The notes: a model not told the origin generated them from the sequence alone. Positions 1-12,402 are shown, numbered from the stretch's first letter. The stretch: 64,000 bases of DNA from an uncultured Verrucomicrobiae bacterium (GCA_963801815.1 CAWDGJ010000003.1:448001-512000); one strand, 5' to 3'. A program made the numbers and translations.

Positions 1-357
1 AGCTACACTTTGCGCACGGATCAACATGGCGATCCGGTTTGGATCGTCACGTTGCATGCGACCAACGGTCAACCTGTGGGGACGATTCATATCGGCGCGA
101 ATCAGGGAACTGTGACCCGAACAGAAGGAATGTTCGCCGGAGCGACGATGAATGATGTCGCCACCGAAGAGCGCGTTTACCGCGAGCATCCTCACGCAGA
201 AAACGGAGAAGAAGTCACCGATGATGAAGACGCCGACCACGGGCCCCTGTTCGGAGTTCGGCAACGGATGCGCGGATATTTTCGGAAGGCGCAGGATGAA
301 GCGAGTGACGTATTTCAGCGGGCGCGCCAGTCATTTACCGACTTTATTAATCGCTGA
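1..357 (+). CDS. Hypothetical protein, 3' part (open at window edge)
   Basis: Frame open from base 1 to TGA at 357; no recognisable motif. Confidence 0.6.
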   Translation, partial: SYTLRTDQHGDPVWIVTLHATNGQPVGTIHIGANQGTVTRTEGMFAGATMNDVATEERVYREHPHAENGEEVTDDEDADHGPLFGVRQRMRGYFRKAQDEASDVFQRARQSFTDFINR

Positions 358-364
358 TTGAAAC

Positions 365-438
365 CGTGAGGCGTTGAAGCGGGTGAAAGCGAGTTTGACC
401 TCCCGCTTTAACGCTTCAACCCTTTAACGCGTTAACGA
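365..438. repeat. Degenerate ~8-bp periodic imperfect inverted repeat (GTTGAAGC / GCTTCAAC / TTTAACGC units)
   Basis: Tandem ttaacgc/ttcaac units in intergenic gap; same style at 2323-2400 and 39823-39852. Confidence 0.6.
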
Positions 439-442
439 TTGT

Positions 443-1375
443 ATGGTTTGGCCAGAGTTGAACTACCCTGATTGGAAAGACACGTGTGCGACGTTGCACA
501 TGTGGACCCAGATTGTCGGCAAGGTCCGGCTCAAGCTGACGCCGTGGACGAACCATTCCTGGCACGTGACGCTCTACGTGACTTCGCGTGGCTTGACCAC
601 TTCGCCGATTCCGCATGGCACGAACACGTTTGAGATTCGTTTTGATTTCATCGATCACCATTTGCGCATCCTGAAAAGCGACGGATTGCAACGTTCGATC
701 GAGCTCAAATCGCGCAGCGTGGCAGATTTCTACAAGACGGTCATGAGCGCGCTGGACGAACTGAATTTGCCGGTGAAAATTGACTTGGTCCCGAACGAGG
801 TCGTAAATCCAATTCCATTCGACAAGGACGAAACGCATCGCGCCTACGACTCTGAATACGCGAACCGGTTTTGGCGTGTACTCGTGCAAGCGGACCGGGT
901 ATTCAAAGAATTTCGATCACGCTTCTGCGGCAAGTGCAGCCCGGTGCATTTCTTTTGGGGCAGTTTCGATTTTGCGGTGACGCGCTTTTCCGGACGGCAA
1001 GCACCGCCACATCCCGGCGGCATTCCCCATTTGCCTGATGCGATCACGCGCGAAGCGTATTCGCAGGAAGTCAGCAGCCTCGGTTTTTGGCCCGGCGCCG
1101 ATGTCATGCCGCAGGCCCTCTTTTATTCCTATGCCTATCCCGAGCCGTCCGGGTTTGCTGAGGCGAAGACTAAACCCGAGGCGGCGTTCTATAATGCACA
1201 GCTCCGCGAATTCGTCCTGCCCTACGACGCAGTCCGGCAATCAAAATCGCCGGACGACACGTTACTCGAATTCGCTCAAAGCACCTACGACGCTGCGTCG
1301 ATGCTGGGGAAATGGGACAGGGTGGCGTTGGAAGAAGAGAAACCAACCTTGCATTCGGGCCAGCAACGTTCGTAA
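443..1375 (+). CDS. DUF5996-family protein
   Basis: 310 aa; TLHMWTQIVGKVRL, NHSWHVTLY, SPVHFFWGSFD, REAYSQEVSSLGFWPG motifs recognised for this family. Confidence 0.8.
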   Translation: MVWPELNYPDWKDTCATLHMWTQIVGKVRLKLTPWTNHSWHVTLYVTSRGLTTSPIPHGTNTFEIRFDFIDHHLRILKSDGLQRSIELKSRSVADFYKTVMSALDELNLPVKIDLVPNEVVNPIPFDKDETHRAYDSEYANRFWRVLVQADRVFKEFRSRFCGKCSPVHFFWGSFDFAVTRFSGRQAPPHPGGIPHLPDAITREAYSQEVSSLGFWPGADVMPQALFYSYAYPEPSGFAEAKTKPEAAFYNAQLREFVLPYDAVRQSKSPDDTLLEFAQSTYDAASMLGKWDRVALEEEKPTLHSGQQRS

Positions 1376-1385
1376 TTTGGTGAAG

Positions 1386-2318
1386 ATGAGCTTTCAATGC
1401 GCGGCCGAACAGGCTGCCTGGCGCGAGGTTAAGGAAGGTTGGCGTCCCCTTTACGGCGATGTCGATTCCATGGGTGTGGCCGTCGAATGGCACGACTTCC
1501 GGTTGGCGCGCTCGTTCAACTGGGGTCGCACGTTTCATCCGCGCAGTCTCGAGTTTTGTTTGAATCTCGAAGGCTACGGCGAAGTGGGAAGGGCCACGAA
1601 GGTCGGTTATGTGCCGGGAAATTCCGGTTACTACGCGGTCGGCGATGAGCCGCTGCCAGCATCGCGCCGCGCGAACGATCATCATCAATTCGCGACCCTC
1701 GAGTTTTCGCGAAATCATTTGCAAAAACAGCTCGTGGAAAACGAAAATGATCTCGAGCCGCAGATCCGCCGCGTGATTTTCGGCGGCAAGGACGACACGG
1801 TTGTCGGGCCGACGCGTCCGATGTCGATTGAACAACGAAACGTCGTGGCTAATCTGGCGAGCCCACCAGTTTCCAAAGCGGCGCAGATCCTTTGGTATCA
1901 GAGCAAGGCGCTGGAGCTGATGGCGCATTTTTTGTTCGAGCCGAAGGACCCGGAGTTTTTTTGCCAGCGACAAAAACGCGTCGCGCGGGAGCGAGTAGAG
2001 CGCGCGAAGGAGCTGCTCGCGCGCGATCTTGCGAATCCACTGACGTTGGAGGCGCTCGGCCAGGAAGTCGGTTGCAGTCCGTTTTATTTGAGTCGGATGT
2101 TTTCGCGCGAGCTTGGCCTGACGATTCCGCAATATTTGCGCAAGCTTCGGATGGAACGCGCCGCTGAATTGTTGCGTACCGGCCGTTACAACGTGACTGA
2201 AGCCGCGACCGAGGTTGGATATTCCAGCCTCAGCCATTTCAGCAAGGCGTTTTGCGAAACGATCGGCTGCTGTCCGGTGTTGTATCCGGCGGCGAAGAAC
2301 GTGATTGAGGATCGCTGA
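1386..2318 (+). CDS. AraC-family transcriptional regulator
   Basis: C-terminal double HTH (LEALGQEVGCSPFYLSRMF...NVTEAATEVGYSSLSHFSKAF); ATG 1386 chosen 10 bp after upstream stop. Confidence 0.9.
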   Translation: MSFQCAAEQAAWREVKEGWRPLYGDVDSMGVAVEWHDFRLARSFNWGRTFHPRSLEFCLNLEGYGEVGRATKVGYVPGNSGYYAVGDEPLPASRRANDHHQFATLEFSRNHLQKQLVENENDLEPQIRRVIFGGKDDTVVGPTRPMSIEQRNVVANLASPPVSKAAQILWYQSKALELMAHFLFEPKDPEFFCQRQKRVARERVERAKELLARDLANPLTLEALGQEVGCSPFYLSRMFSRELGLTIPQYLRKLRMERAAELLRTGRYNVTEAATEVGYSSLSHFSKAFCETIGCCPVLYPAAKNVIEDR

Positions 2319-2322
2319 CGCG

Positions 2323-2400
2323 ATAACGCGTTGAAGGGTTTAAGGTTAAGGGGCTCTGGATTCTCACGCTTCAACGGTGTAACGCTTCAAGCTTTAACGA
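2323..2400. repeat. 8-bp periodic imperfect inverted repeat, second copy
   Basis: gcgttgaagggtttaagg ... gcttcaacggtgtaacgcttcaagctttaac. Confidence 0.6.
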
Positions 2401-2403
2401 CCC

Positions 2404-3927
2404 ATGAAAATTTCCCGCGCGCTCATCTCCGTTTCCGACAAGACCGGCATCGCAAAGTTTGCGCGCACGCTGGAGCGACAGGGCGTTGACATTATCTCTA
2501 CCGGTGGCACGGCCGAGCTGCTGCGAAAGGAAAAAATCCCGGTGCGCGAGATTTCCAGTTTCACAGCCTTTCCGGAGGTCCTGGAGGGCCGCGTGAAAAC
2601 TTTGCATCCCCGGGTGCACGGCGGCCTTCTTTACAAACGCGGCAACCCTAAACACGAAGCTGAAGCGAAAGAGTGCGGCTTCGAACCGATCGACATGGTG
2701 GTTGTGAATCTGTATCCGTTCGAGAAAACGATCCAAAAGCCCGATGTCACTCTTGCGGAAGCGATTGAGAACATCGACATCGGCGGTCCGTCAATGATTC
2801 GCAGTGCGGCGAAAAATTATGAGTCGGTCACGGTGGTGGTCGATCCTGCCGATTACGATGACGTTTTGGAAAACATGCGCGAGAGCGGCGGTGAAACGAC
2901 GCTGAAATTGCGCGAGCATCTCGCAATCAAGGCGTTTATCAAAACGTCCGATTACGATCGCGCGATCGGCAATTATCTAAATCGCGCGCAGATCACCGAA
3001 GCATCGTTCTCACTTTCGTTGCCACTGGTCTCGAAGTTACGCTACGGCGAAAACCCGCACCAGCAGGCCGCGCTCTATGGCGATTTCGACCGTCATTTCG
3101 AGAAACTTCATGGCAAAGAGCTTTCGTTTAACAACATCCTCGACATTAGTGCGGCAACGAATCTGATCGCGGAGTTCTCTCAGCCGACCGTTGCGATCCT
3201 AAAACACACCAACCCGTGTGGCATCGGTTCCGATGCGGATCTGCGCAAAGCTTGGGAGAAGGCGTTTGCGACCGACAAGCAGGCGCCGTTTGGCGGAATC
3301 ATCGTTTGCAATCGAGCTATCAGCGAAGCGCTGGCGAAAACCATCAGTGAAATTTTTTCCGAAGTGATCATCGCCCCCGATTTTGACACAGAAGCGCGCT
3401 CGCTCCTGCAAAAGAAGAAAAATCTTCGGTTAATTCGGCTGGCCACATCCGCCGCCGAAGCACGGCCGACTGTCGATCTCCGGTCGGTTTGCGGCGGCGT
3501 GCTGGTTCAGGATTCCGACATTGCGATCGACAACCCGGAGCAAGTGGTGACCAAACGGCGGCCCACGAAGAAGGAAATGGAAGCGATGTTGTTCGGCTGG
3601 CGCGTTGTCAAACATGTGAAATCGAACGCGATCGTTTATGCCGGGGCCGATCGCACTCTCGGCATCGGCGCCGGGCAAATGTCGCGCGTGGACGCGTCGC
3701 GCATTGCGATTTGGAAAGCAGAAGAGGCGGGGCTTTCGCTGAAAGGCAGTGCGGTCGCCAGCGACGCGTTCTTCCCATTTCCCGATGGACTGATTGCCGC
3801 GGCCGATGCAGGCGCAAGCTGCGCGATTCAGCCCGGCGGTTCAGTGCGCGACAACGAAGTCATCGCGGCGGCGGACGAGCGCAAAATGGCGATGATCTTC
3901 ACCGGCGTCCGACACTTCCGTCACTAA
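2404..3927 (+). CDS. purH: Bifunctional AICAR transformylase/IMP cyclohydrolase
   Basis: [61 protein letters not shown]. Confidence 0.98.
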   Translation: MKISRALISVSDKTGIAKFARTLERQGVDIISTGGTAELLRKEKIPVREISSFTAFPEVLEGRVKTLHPRVHGGLLYKRGNPKHEAEAKECGFEPIDMVVVNLYPFEKTIQKPDVTLAEAIENIDIGGPSMIRSAAKNYESVTVVVDPADYDDVLENMRESGGETTLKLREHLAIKAFIKTSDYDRAIGNYLNRAQITEASFSLSLPLVSKLRYGENPHQQAALYGDFDRHFEKLHGKELSFNNILDISAATNLIAEFSQPTVAILKHTNPCGIGSDADLRKAWEKAFATDKQAPFGGIIVCNRAISEALAKTISEIFSEVIIAPDFDTEARSLLQKKKNLRLIRLATSAAEARPTVDLRSVCGGVLVQDSDIAIDNPEQVVTKRRPTKKEMEAMLFGWRVVKHVKSNAIVYAGADRTLGIGAGQMSRVDASRIAIWKAEEAGLSLKGSAVASDAFFPFPDGLIAAADAGASCAIQPGGSVRDNEVIAAADERKMAMIFTGVRHFRH

Positions 3928-3937
3928 GCGTGACGGA

Positions 3938-4098
3938 AGCCCCAAATCCCAGGCACCAAATCCCAAACCTTTCGCTACGAAAGGAAATCCCAAGCCTCAA
4001 CTTCCAAGACCCAAACAAGCTCCAAATCAGAATGTCCAAAACAACTTTGGGATTTAGAACTTGGGACTTGGAGATTTGTTTGGAATTTGGGATTTCGT
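3938..4098. repeat. Heptamer-periodic long palindromic intergenic element
   Basis: CCAAATC/CCAA units then mirror TTGGGAT/TTGGAAT units between convergent genes. Confidence 0.7.
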
Positions 4099-4104
4099 TT
4101 CAGC

Positions 4105-5211
4105 CTACGGCTGAAACGTGACCGGTACCATCACGGTCCATTCGGTCGACCCCGGCTCGGCCCGCCATTGACGCAATCCGCCAATCGCAGCCTGGTCTAG
4201 AATCGGTTGTCCGGTTGATTCGACCGTCTGCACGCTTTTCACCACTCCGTTCAAGTCGAACGTGACTCGATACCTTCCGCTGCCGCGGTTTGGTCCGATA
4301 CGGATCGATCGCGCTTCAGGCGGGTATCTAGGCGCCGGGTTAAAAAGAACTCGTCGCGCAACACGCGGCATCGGTGTCGGCGTGGGTGATTCATTGGGCG
4401 CGGCGGCCCAGCGACCGCTTGCTGCCGGTTTCGCCTGGGCCAATAGCGGATCGAGCAAGCCGGTCGGCTCTACCGCGTTCTTGCCGCCCGCAGTTACGAT
4501 TCCAACCACTTCGCCCTGATCATCGACAACCGGTGCACCTGTCGCGTCGTTCGGAATGGATCCACCAATTTCAAACGCGTCTTTCATCGGGTTCTGTCCT
4601 CGCGAAGAAATTTTGCCGGCAGCGATCGGCTGTTCCTTGTGTTGGAGCGAACTACCGACGACGACGGCCAAGACGCCGACGGCGACCGATTCGGAAGTCT
4701 TGGCCAGCGGCAGAAACGACACGCCGATTTTTGTCTCCGCGCGTAGCACCGCGAGACCGGATTCAGTGGACGAGGCAATGATGCCGGTGACGTTGCGGAT
4801 TTTTCCGTCACTTGTCTTGGCGACGCCGTAAGCGCCGTCCGCCACAACAGGCAAACTCGTGACCAGCAAACCATCCCGCGAAATGAAGAAGGCGTTGCCG
4901 GACCGGAGCAATTGTCCTTTTGCATCGAACACCGTGAGCTCAACGACCGCCGGGTCGACTTTGTGCACAACCTTCGCGAATTCCGGTGGCAACACGATCG
5001 GCGTCGGAGTTGGCGTTTGGGTGGCAAATGCCGACGCGGCCACGCTTGTCGTCGCGTTCGGAGTCGCCGACGGTGGCGCCGTCGTCGGCTCGGGCGTCGA
5101 CGTTGGAGCAACCAATGTGCTCTGCTGCGGCGGATTTCGTCCGCACCAGGAGTAGGCCAGGATAATGACCAGCGCTGCTCCACAGACGAGGGCGAGCGTG
5201 GACTGTCTCAT
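4105..5211 (-). CDS. Membrane-anchored trypsin-like (probably inactive) domain fused to a TonB C-terminal domain
   Basis: N-terminal TM, Pro/Thr linker, PAVVEL..SGNAFFISRDGLLVT trypsin-2-like region, C-terminal PRYPPEAR...VESTGQPILDQAAI...WR TonB_C pattern. Confidence 0.75.
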   Translation of the reverse strand: MRQSTLALVCGAALVIILAYSWCGRNPPQQSTLVAPTSTPEPTTAPPSATPNATTSVAASAFATQTPTPTPIVLPPEFAKVVHKVDPAVVELTVFDAKGQLLRSGNAFFISRDGLLVTSLPVVADGAYGVAKTSDGKIRNVTGIIASSTESGLAVLRAETKIGVSFLPLAKTSESVAVGVLAVVVGSSLQHKEQPIAAGKISSRGQNPMKDAFEIGGSIPNDATGAPVVDDQGEVVGIVTAGGKNAVEPTGLLDPLLAQAKPAASGRWAAAPNESPTPTPMPRVARRVLFNPAPRYPPEARSIRIGPNRGSGRYRVTFDLNGVVKSVQTVESTGQPILDQAAIGGLRQWRAEPGSTEWTVMVPVTFQP

Positions 5212-5256
5212 TCGCGGTCTTTCACCATCATCTTCTTCGTTCTTGTCCGCGAATCC

Positions 5257-5457
5257 TTACGACGACGCGGCTGATAATCGCCAAAGCCAAATGCAAAGTA
5301 CGGCACCGACGATTAACCCGACCCAGCTGAGACCCATCGGAATAGTCTGACTACCAACCATCACCACCGTGTGTTTAAACAGCCGGACGATGTGAAAGAT
5401 CGCGACAATTCCAAAAATCACTGATGCAACGCGCAAACCTGTTCGTTGTGAGTTCAT
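5257..5457 (-). CDS. Small two-TM membrane protein
   Basis: 66 aa MNSQRTGLRVASVIFGIVAIFHIVRLF...; two hydrophobic segments. Confidence 0.65.
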   Translation of the reverse strand: MNSQRTGLRVASVIFGIVAIFHIVRLFKHTVVMVGSQTIPMGLSWVGLIVGAVLCIWLWRLSAASS

Positions 5458-5503
5458 GCTCACATTTTCACATGTCGGTCTTCCGTTTGTCAGCAAGAAA
5501 ACC

Positions 5504-5535
5504 CTTGTCACGCCGCGGCCTTGGCGGAGGCGGAC
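5504..5535. repeat. REP-like short palindrome (GTCCGCCTYCGC..AG....GGCGTGAC family)
   Basis: Reverse complement closely matches the copy at 61253-61281. Confidence 0.65.
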
Positions 5536-5559
5536 GGCGATTACCAATCCGCCGAACGT

Positions 5560-6081
5560 TTAAGCTACGGTTCTTCCGCGAAAAGCTGTCGCTTGCACAA
5601 TGATTCCGATCGCGGCCAGTCCCACGAAGAGAATCGTGGTCCCGACCGGCGGCAAAACGATCGTGTGACAGATCAAATAAGCTCCCACCACAGCCGACAT
5701 CACGATCAACGCCCAATTGAATACCGCCAGCAACAGAATAGCGCCGATAATTCCGCCGATGATGAACGTGATGCCCGGATAACGCGCGCCTTCCGCGATA
5801 AACGCCGTGACCAACGCCATCGCAAGTTTGCCGCCGGCGAGAAAACCGGCGATCGCGATGGCAATTTTTTGCAGAAACAGCGCGAGCAACGCGCCGATGA
5901 ATCCAAATACGAGCGCAATGCTCAGTTGGAGCATTTGAGTCGGCTCATGCATCAAATGTGGTGCGAATTCCACGCCTGCTGCAAACCCAACCGCGGCCAC
6001 GCAGAGCCAAAAGATCTTTCGGCCGAAAAATAAAATGATCGCGCCGATCAGAACGCTGAGGATTGGAATCGGCAAGTTCAT
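5560..6081 (-). CDS. DUF4203-like polytopic membrane protein
   Basis: 173 aa, about 6 Gly-rich TM helices, LFFGRKIFWL start motif. Confidence 0.7.
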   Translation of the reverse strand: MNLPIPILSVLIGAIILFFGRKIFWLCVAAVGFAAGVEFAPHLMHEPTQMLQLSIALVFGFIGALLALFLQKIAIAIAGFLAGGKLAMALVTAFIAEGARYPGITFIIGGIIGAILLLAVFNWALIVMSAVVGAYLICHTIVLPPVGTTILFVGLAAIGIIVQATAFRGRTVA

Positions 6082-6094
6082 CTTTCTGATTCTG

Positions 6095-6229
6095 CAAATT
6101 CGAAATCCGAATGTCGAATATCGAAACAATATCGAAATACCCGAGCTGCAAATTTAAAACGATCAGCTTCGTTTGAACATTTGAGTCTTTAAAATTGTTT
6201 CGGAATTCGGGTTTCGAACTTCGGATTTA
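6095..6229. repeat. Heptamer-periodic long palindromic element
   Basis: CGAAATC CGAATGT CGAATAT CGAAAC ... GTTTCG GAATTCG GGTTTCG AACTTCG GATTT. Confidence 0.75.
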
Positions 6230-6281
6230 GAGACAAACTCCGAAACACTTTTACCATGATTTTTGATACCACCCAGCCCGC

Positions 6282-7013
6282 TCAACGTGAATACCACCCA
6301 GATAAATCCTGTCCGATCAGCTTCTCCGTTTCTTTGATGTCGAAATAAAACGTCTCGATCAAGCGGGATCGAAGCTGACTGTCGATTTGGATCGAATATT
6401 CGTGCTCGAAAACGCTCGCTTCTGGCGGAAGGAACGAAGAATCGACGCCGAGAAATTGAAAAACGCGCCGCAACGTTTTCTTGTGATCCTTTCGAAGGTC
6501 TTCATTCAAAAGAATCAGGCAGTTAGCTGGGCCGAAGATGTTGAACAAACGCCGGACCTGGTGCGCGTAAAAGCCACGATCGATGTAGGAATAGACGCGA
6601 TGCTGCAACGGCAACGCGGTGCGACAGCGCTCCGGTTCTTTCTCGATCGCTTCGGCGAATGGTAATTTCTCATGGTCGCGTTTCGTTTCCATGTTCCAGG
6701 CCGAGAACGCGCGCTCGACCGGGTTCCGCAGCGCGAGGATCCATTTCATCTTCGGATTGTATTTCCAGATCCGATACGGCGCGGTTTCCCAATACATGTA
6801 GATCGGGCTCGCTTCACCGATCACGCGATGCTGCTTCTTGGGCTTAAAATTCCGGTGATACTTCTTGTAATCGCGGTTCTCCTCCTCGCGATCGAAGAAA
6901 TGCAGCTCCTTGCGCGTGGTCGGCATGCAAATCTCCGGATGCTGCCGCAAAAACGAATCCAGCGCCGAGGTCCCGCCCTTCTGCGTCCCGCCGATCACAA
7001 AATCAACTCGCAT
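6282..7013 (-). CDS. PAPS-dependent sulfotransferase
   Basis: 5'-PSB loop GGTQKGGTSAL, KELHFFD, 3'-PB RNPVERAFS. Confidence 0.9.
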   Translation of the reverse strand: MRVDFVIGGTQKGGTSALDSFLRQHPEICMPTTRKELHFFDREEENRDYKKYHRNFKPKKQHRVIGEASPIYMYWETAPYRIWKYNPKMKWILALRNPVERAFSAWNMETKRDHEKLPFAEAIEKEPERCRTALPLQHRVYSYIDRGFYAHQVRRLFNIFGPANCLILLNEDLRKDHKKTLRRVFQFLGVDSSFLPPEASVFEHEYSIQIDSQLRSRLIETFYFDIKETEKLIGQDLSGWYSR

Positions 7014-7029
7014 GTTCTGTTCTCTATTC

Positions 7030-7312
7030 TGTCATTCCGAGCGAAGTCGAGGAATCTCTGACTATTTCTGTTTTGGGAACGCAGGCAGCACGGAAACATT
7101 CAGAGATGTTTCGACTTCGCTCAACATGACAATGAGAAGCGTTGTAGCGGCGTTTGTTCTCAAACGCCGATCTAAATAAACAGGCGCTTGGCACAAGCGC
7201 CTCTACAATATTCCTGTCATATCGAGCGAAGCCGAGACATCTCCAAATATTTTTGTAGGTAGGGGCGATTGCCCTCAATCGCCCGCGGGCGGTTTGGTGA
7301 ACCGCTCCTACC
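7030..7312. repeat. Mosaic of several REP-like palindrome families (BIME-like)
   Basis: TGTCATTCCGAGCGAAGTCGA...TCGACTTCGCTCAACATGACA; TTGTAGCGGCG...CGCCTCTACAA; half TGTCATATCGAGCGAAG; GTAGGGGCGATTG...CCTAC. Confidence 0.8.
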
Positions 7313-7326
7313 TCGTCACGGCGTCT

Positions 7327-7730
7327 CTACAACCCGAATTGGCTTGCGACGTGCGGCCAAAATACGATACCGCCGATAATCGCAGCAGCGATTGCAGTGA
7401 CAAGCACGGCTCCAGCGGCGACATCTTTCGCATCGCGCACGATCGAAGAAAAATTTGGAGACGCGGCATCGGCCAGAAACTCAAAAGCGGTGTTGAGTGC
7501 TTCCGCCGTCCACACAATTGCTATTGCGAGCACAATCCAGCACCATTCGTCGCGCGAGAGTTGAAGGAAAACTCCCAGAACAATTGCCGCCACTGTCGCC
7601 GTCGCATGAATCCAAGCGTTGTGCTGGCATCGAATCATTCGCAACAAACCAACGATCGCGTATTTGAAGCTTCGAAAGCGCCCCGTGAATTCAAATGGGC
7701 GGGATTGGGTGGTGTTTTCGTGAGCTTCTT

Positions 7731-7734
<4 letters not shown>
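7327..7734 (-). CDS. dgkA: Diacylglycerol/undecaprenol kinase family protein
   Basis: RSFKYAIVGL, EALNTAFE, AKDVAAGAV, 3 TM. Confidence 0.85.
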
Positions 7735-9410
<1,676 letters not shown>

Positions 9411-9420
9411 AACGAGAAGA

Positions 9421-9488
9421 GTTGTAGCGGTGCTTGTATCAAGCACCGAACTAAAAAGATAGGCACTTGGCACAAGCGCCTCTACAAC
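9421..9488. repeat. GTAG-type REP double hairpin
   Basis: GTTGTAGCGGTGCTTG...GGCACAAGCGCCTCTACAAC; near-identical to 7142-7208. Confidence 0.8.
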
Positions 9489-9493
9489 AAAAA

Positions 9494-11645
9494 CTAACGT
9501 GCTTCCTTCGACGGGGCCATGGCTACCTTCTTTTTGTCATCGCCGCCTTTGACGCCGATCTTTTTCAGGAACGGCTCAACCGATTGCTTTCGACCGAGGA
9601 ATTTCTCGATCGACACCGCGACGTCACGACCGTCGCCTTGTTCGTAGATTTCTTTGCGCAGTTTCATGCCGGCTTGTTTGTCGAGATATCCTTGCGGCGC
9701 TTTTTCGAACACGGTTGCCATGTCGGCAGCGATAGCGTCTGCCCAGGCGTAACCGTAGTAGCCGGCGTCGTAGCCGTTCATGTGACCGAAATAAGTCACC
9801 ATGGTGGTGCTCGGCTCAATCGGCAGAAAAACCTTCTCGAGAACCGGATTGGAAATGTCAACGCAATCCCATTGCCCAGTTTCAGGATGCGCATCGTGCA
9901 TGGCGAGATCAAGGCTCGCAAAAGCGAATTGGCGCCGATAAAAAACGCCGGCGGTAGCCTTCTTCGCGTCATTCATCTTTTTGATAATGTCCGCAGGAAT
10001 TTTTTTGGACGGATCGCGATAATCAGCGGCGAAAGTATCGAGCACTTTCTTGTCCCAAATCCAGTTTTGCAGCATCTGCGACGGCGCTTCCACGAAATCA
10101 CCGGGCACATGGGTCCCGCCAAAACGTCCATATTTAGCGCGGGTAGTGATTTCATGCAGGCAATGCCCGAATTCATGGAACAGCGTTTCCACGTCCTGAT
10201 GGGTCATCAATGACGGCTTGTCAGCGCTCGGCGGCGGGAAATTGCAAAGCAACGCGCAGACGGGACGTTGATATTTTCCATCGGCCAGTTGTTTGCCACT
10301 GATGATCCCGAATTCGGCAAAGTGGTTGAACTTTCCTTCGCGCGGAAACATGTCGAGATAAAACATTCCGAGCGGTTCGCCGGTCGCGGCGTCGGTCACC
10401 ATGTAAAGCTGGAGATCGTCGATCCATTTGTAGGGCGCGTCGATTTTTTCAAACTTCAGGCCGAAGATGCTCTGGTAGATGTTGAACATGCCTTCGAGCA
10501 CTTTCTGGAATGGGAAAAAATCCCGGAGCGCTTCCTTGTCGACCGTGTATTTCTGTTTCACGAGCTGGTTGTCGTAGTAACGCCAGTCCCAGACGCCAAT
10601 CTTCGCGTTCGCATCGTGCGTGTCGGCCGCCTTCATCTTTTGAAGCTCGGCGACCTCGGCGGCGAACTTTGGCTGAATTCCAGAGATCAAATCGTTGATG
10701 TATTTTTTCGCGCCGGCTCCGGTCTTGGCCATTTTGACTTCGGTCTGATAATCGTCCCACGACTTGTAACCGAGCCGGAGCGCGATCTTGTTCCGCAGCG
10801 CGATCATTTGATTGAGCACGGTACGGTTGGTGTCTTTGGCGAGCGAATCGTGGATCACGTAGAGCTTCTTGCGGGTCGCTTCGCTCCTGGCGTTTTCCTC
10901 AACCGTCACGAACTGCCAGGTGACATTCGGCATTACGGTGTAGGCGTCGTCGCCGGTCTTGACGCCGGGCGAAGAGAAGAAACTATCCGGCACGCCGTCG
11001 AGCTCGACCTTCGTGAAGACGACGGGCACCTTTGCGTTCACTATGTTGGTGTCGAAGTCGGTGCCGAGACTCGCCAGTTGCTTACGCAAGTCTTCGACTT
11101 CTTTGCGTTTGTCGGGCGGCCAGTGCCAGACCGGCGCGCCGATAATCGCGCATGGTTTCGTCGAAAAGCTTTTTGTCTTCGCCCGAGAGTTTGGGTTTGG
11201 TGTCGGCGAACGCTTTCAGCGCTTTATAAACGTCCTCGCGATAATCAATGCCGACGGCCCAGTCCTGAAAGATCTTCACCGCGTTCTCGGCTGCATCGCG
11301 CACTTTCGGATCGGTATTCGATTCTTTGATCACCACGGCCCGGCTCGCGGTATTGGCTGCTGCCCAGGTGAGATCATCGAGCGCAACGACGGTGCTCTTG
11401 AATGTGACTTTGCTTAAATCCTGTTTACCGATCTCGTCGAGCGCCTTGTTCGCGGTGTCGATCGCGTTTTTCATCATCGCGTCGACGGCTTCGGGAGTGT
11501 GCTCCCAATCGGGTAGCGTCAGGACAGCGTTTGCTTTAGCTGCTGCCGCGCTGAAATCGTTCACGGTCTTCAGATTTTGAGCGCGAAGATCGATGATTCC
11601 ACTAGCGAACAAAACAATCGGAAAAAGGAGCGAAGTCGTTTTCAT
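9494..11645 (-). CDS. M3-family oligopeptidase (thimet-like), frameshifted near 11090-11125
   Basis: HEFGH zinc motif, DFVEAPSQMLQNW, YDAGYYGYAWA; N-terminal part with signal peptide in ORF 11082-11693. Confidence 0.85.
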
Positions 11646-11669
11646 AAATTTCGTTCTGACCTTAAGAGG

Positions 11670-11746
11670 CCACAGATTTACACAGATTTGCACGGATGAC
11701 AGACGGAATTTTGCTGAATCTCTATTTTATCTGTGTTCATCTGTGG
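11670..11746. repeat. 9-10-bp periodic palindrome (CACAGATTT ... ATCTGTG)
   Basis: ccacagatttacacagatttgcacggatg ... atctgtgttcatctgtgg. Confidence 0.7.
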
Positions 11747-11750
11747 CGAG

Positions 11751-12326
11751 ATGATTCAAAAGTTCTTGCTCGCATTCATTCCCGTATTTGTGGCGATCGA
11801 TCCGATCGGACTGGTCGCGATTTTCATGGGACTCGGCACCAGCGCGTCGCACGAGCATCGCAAACATCAGGCGTTGCTCGGACTGCTGACCGGCGGTGCT
11901 GGTGGCGATCGGGTTCATTTTTCTCGGCAAGGGGATCTTCGCCGCCCTTGGAATCACAGTGGCTGATTTTCAGGTCGCGGGCGGATTGATCCTGCTGGCG
12001 CTGGCGGTGCGTGAGCTGGTCGGCTTCGGTCGCGCCGATCGCGAATACCGACAACGAATTTGGTGTTGTTCCGCTAGGCATGCCATTAATCGCCGGCCCC
12101 GCGCTTGTTGACCGCGCTGCTAATTTTGATCGACAGCGTCGGCGTCGTGTTCACGTTGCTGTCGCTGATCGCGAATCTATTGATTGTCGCGATCGCGCTT
12201 TGCAACGCGGAGCGATTCGCGCGCTTGATGGGCCGGCAGGGATTGCGCGGCGTATCGAAAATCATCGCGCTATTGCTGGCGGCGATCGCGATCAGCCTGA
12301 TCCGCCGCGGCTGGCAAACCCACTAG
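11751..12326 (+). CDS. MarC-family membrane protein, frameshifted
   Basis: AFIPVFVAIDPIG, DFQVAGGLILL, VVPLGMPLIAGP spread over several frames. Confidence 0.8.
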
Positions 12327-12402
12327 ATTGGTTCGGACTCTTCACCCAATGCTCTCCTCGAATGACGAGGAGAGCGATCAAACCCGTGAACCAAGCCTGC
12401 GA

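Noticed and set aside
2319..2403. ZTP riboswitch upstream of purH
   Set aside because: The 85-bp gap is filled by periodic repeats, with no recognisable aptamer.
3938..7312. CRISPR array
   Set aside because: Repeats are degenerate heptamers or palindromes with no constant repeat-spacer period, and no cas genes are present.
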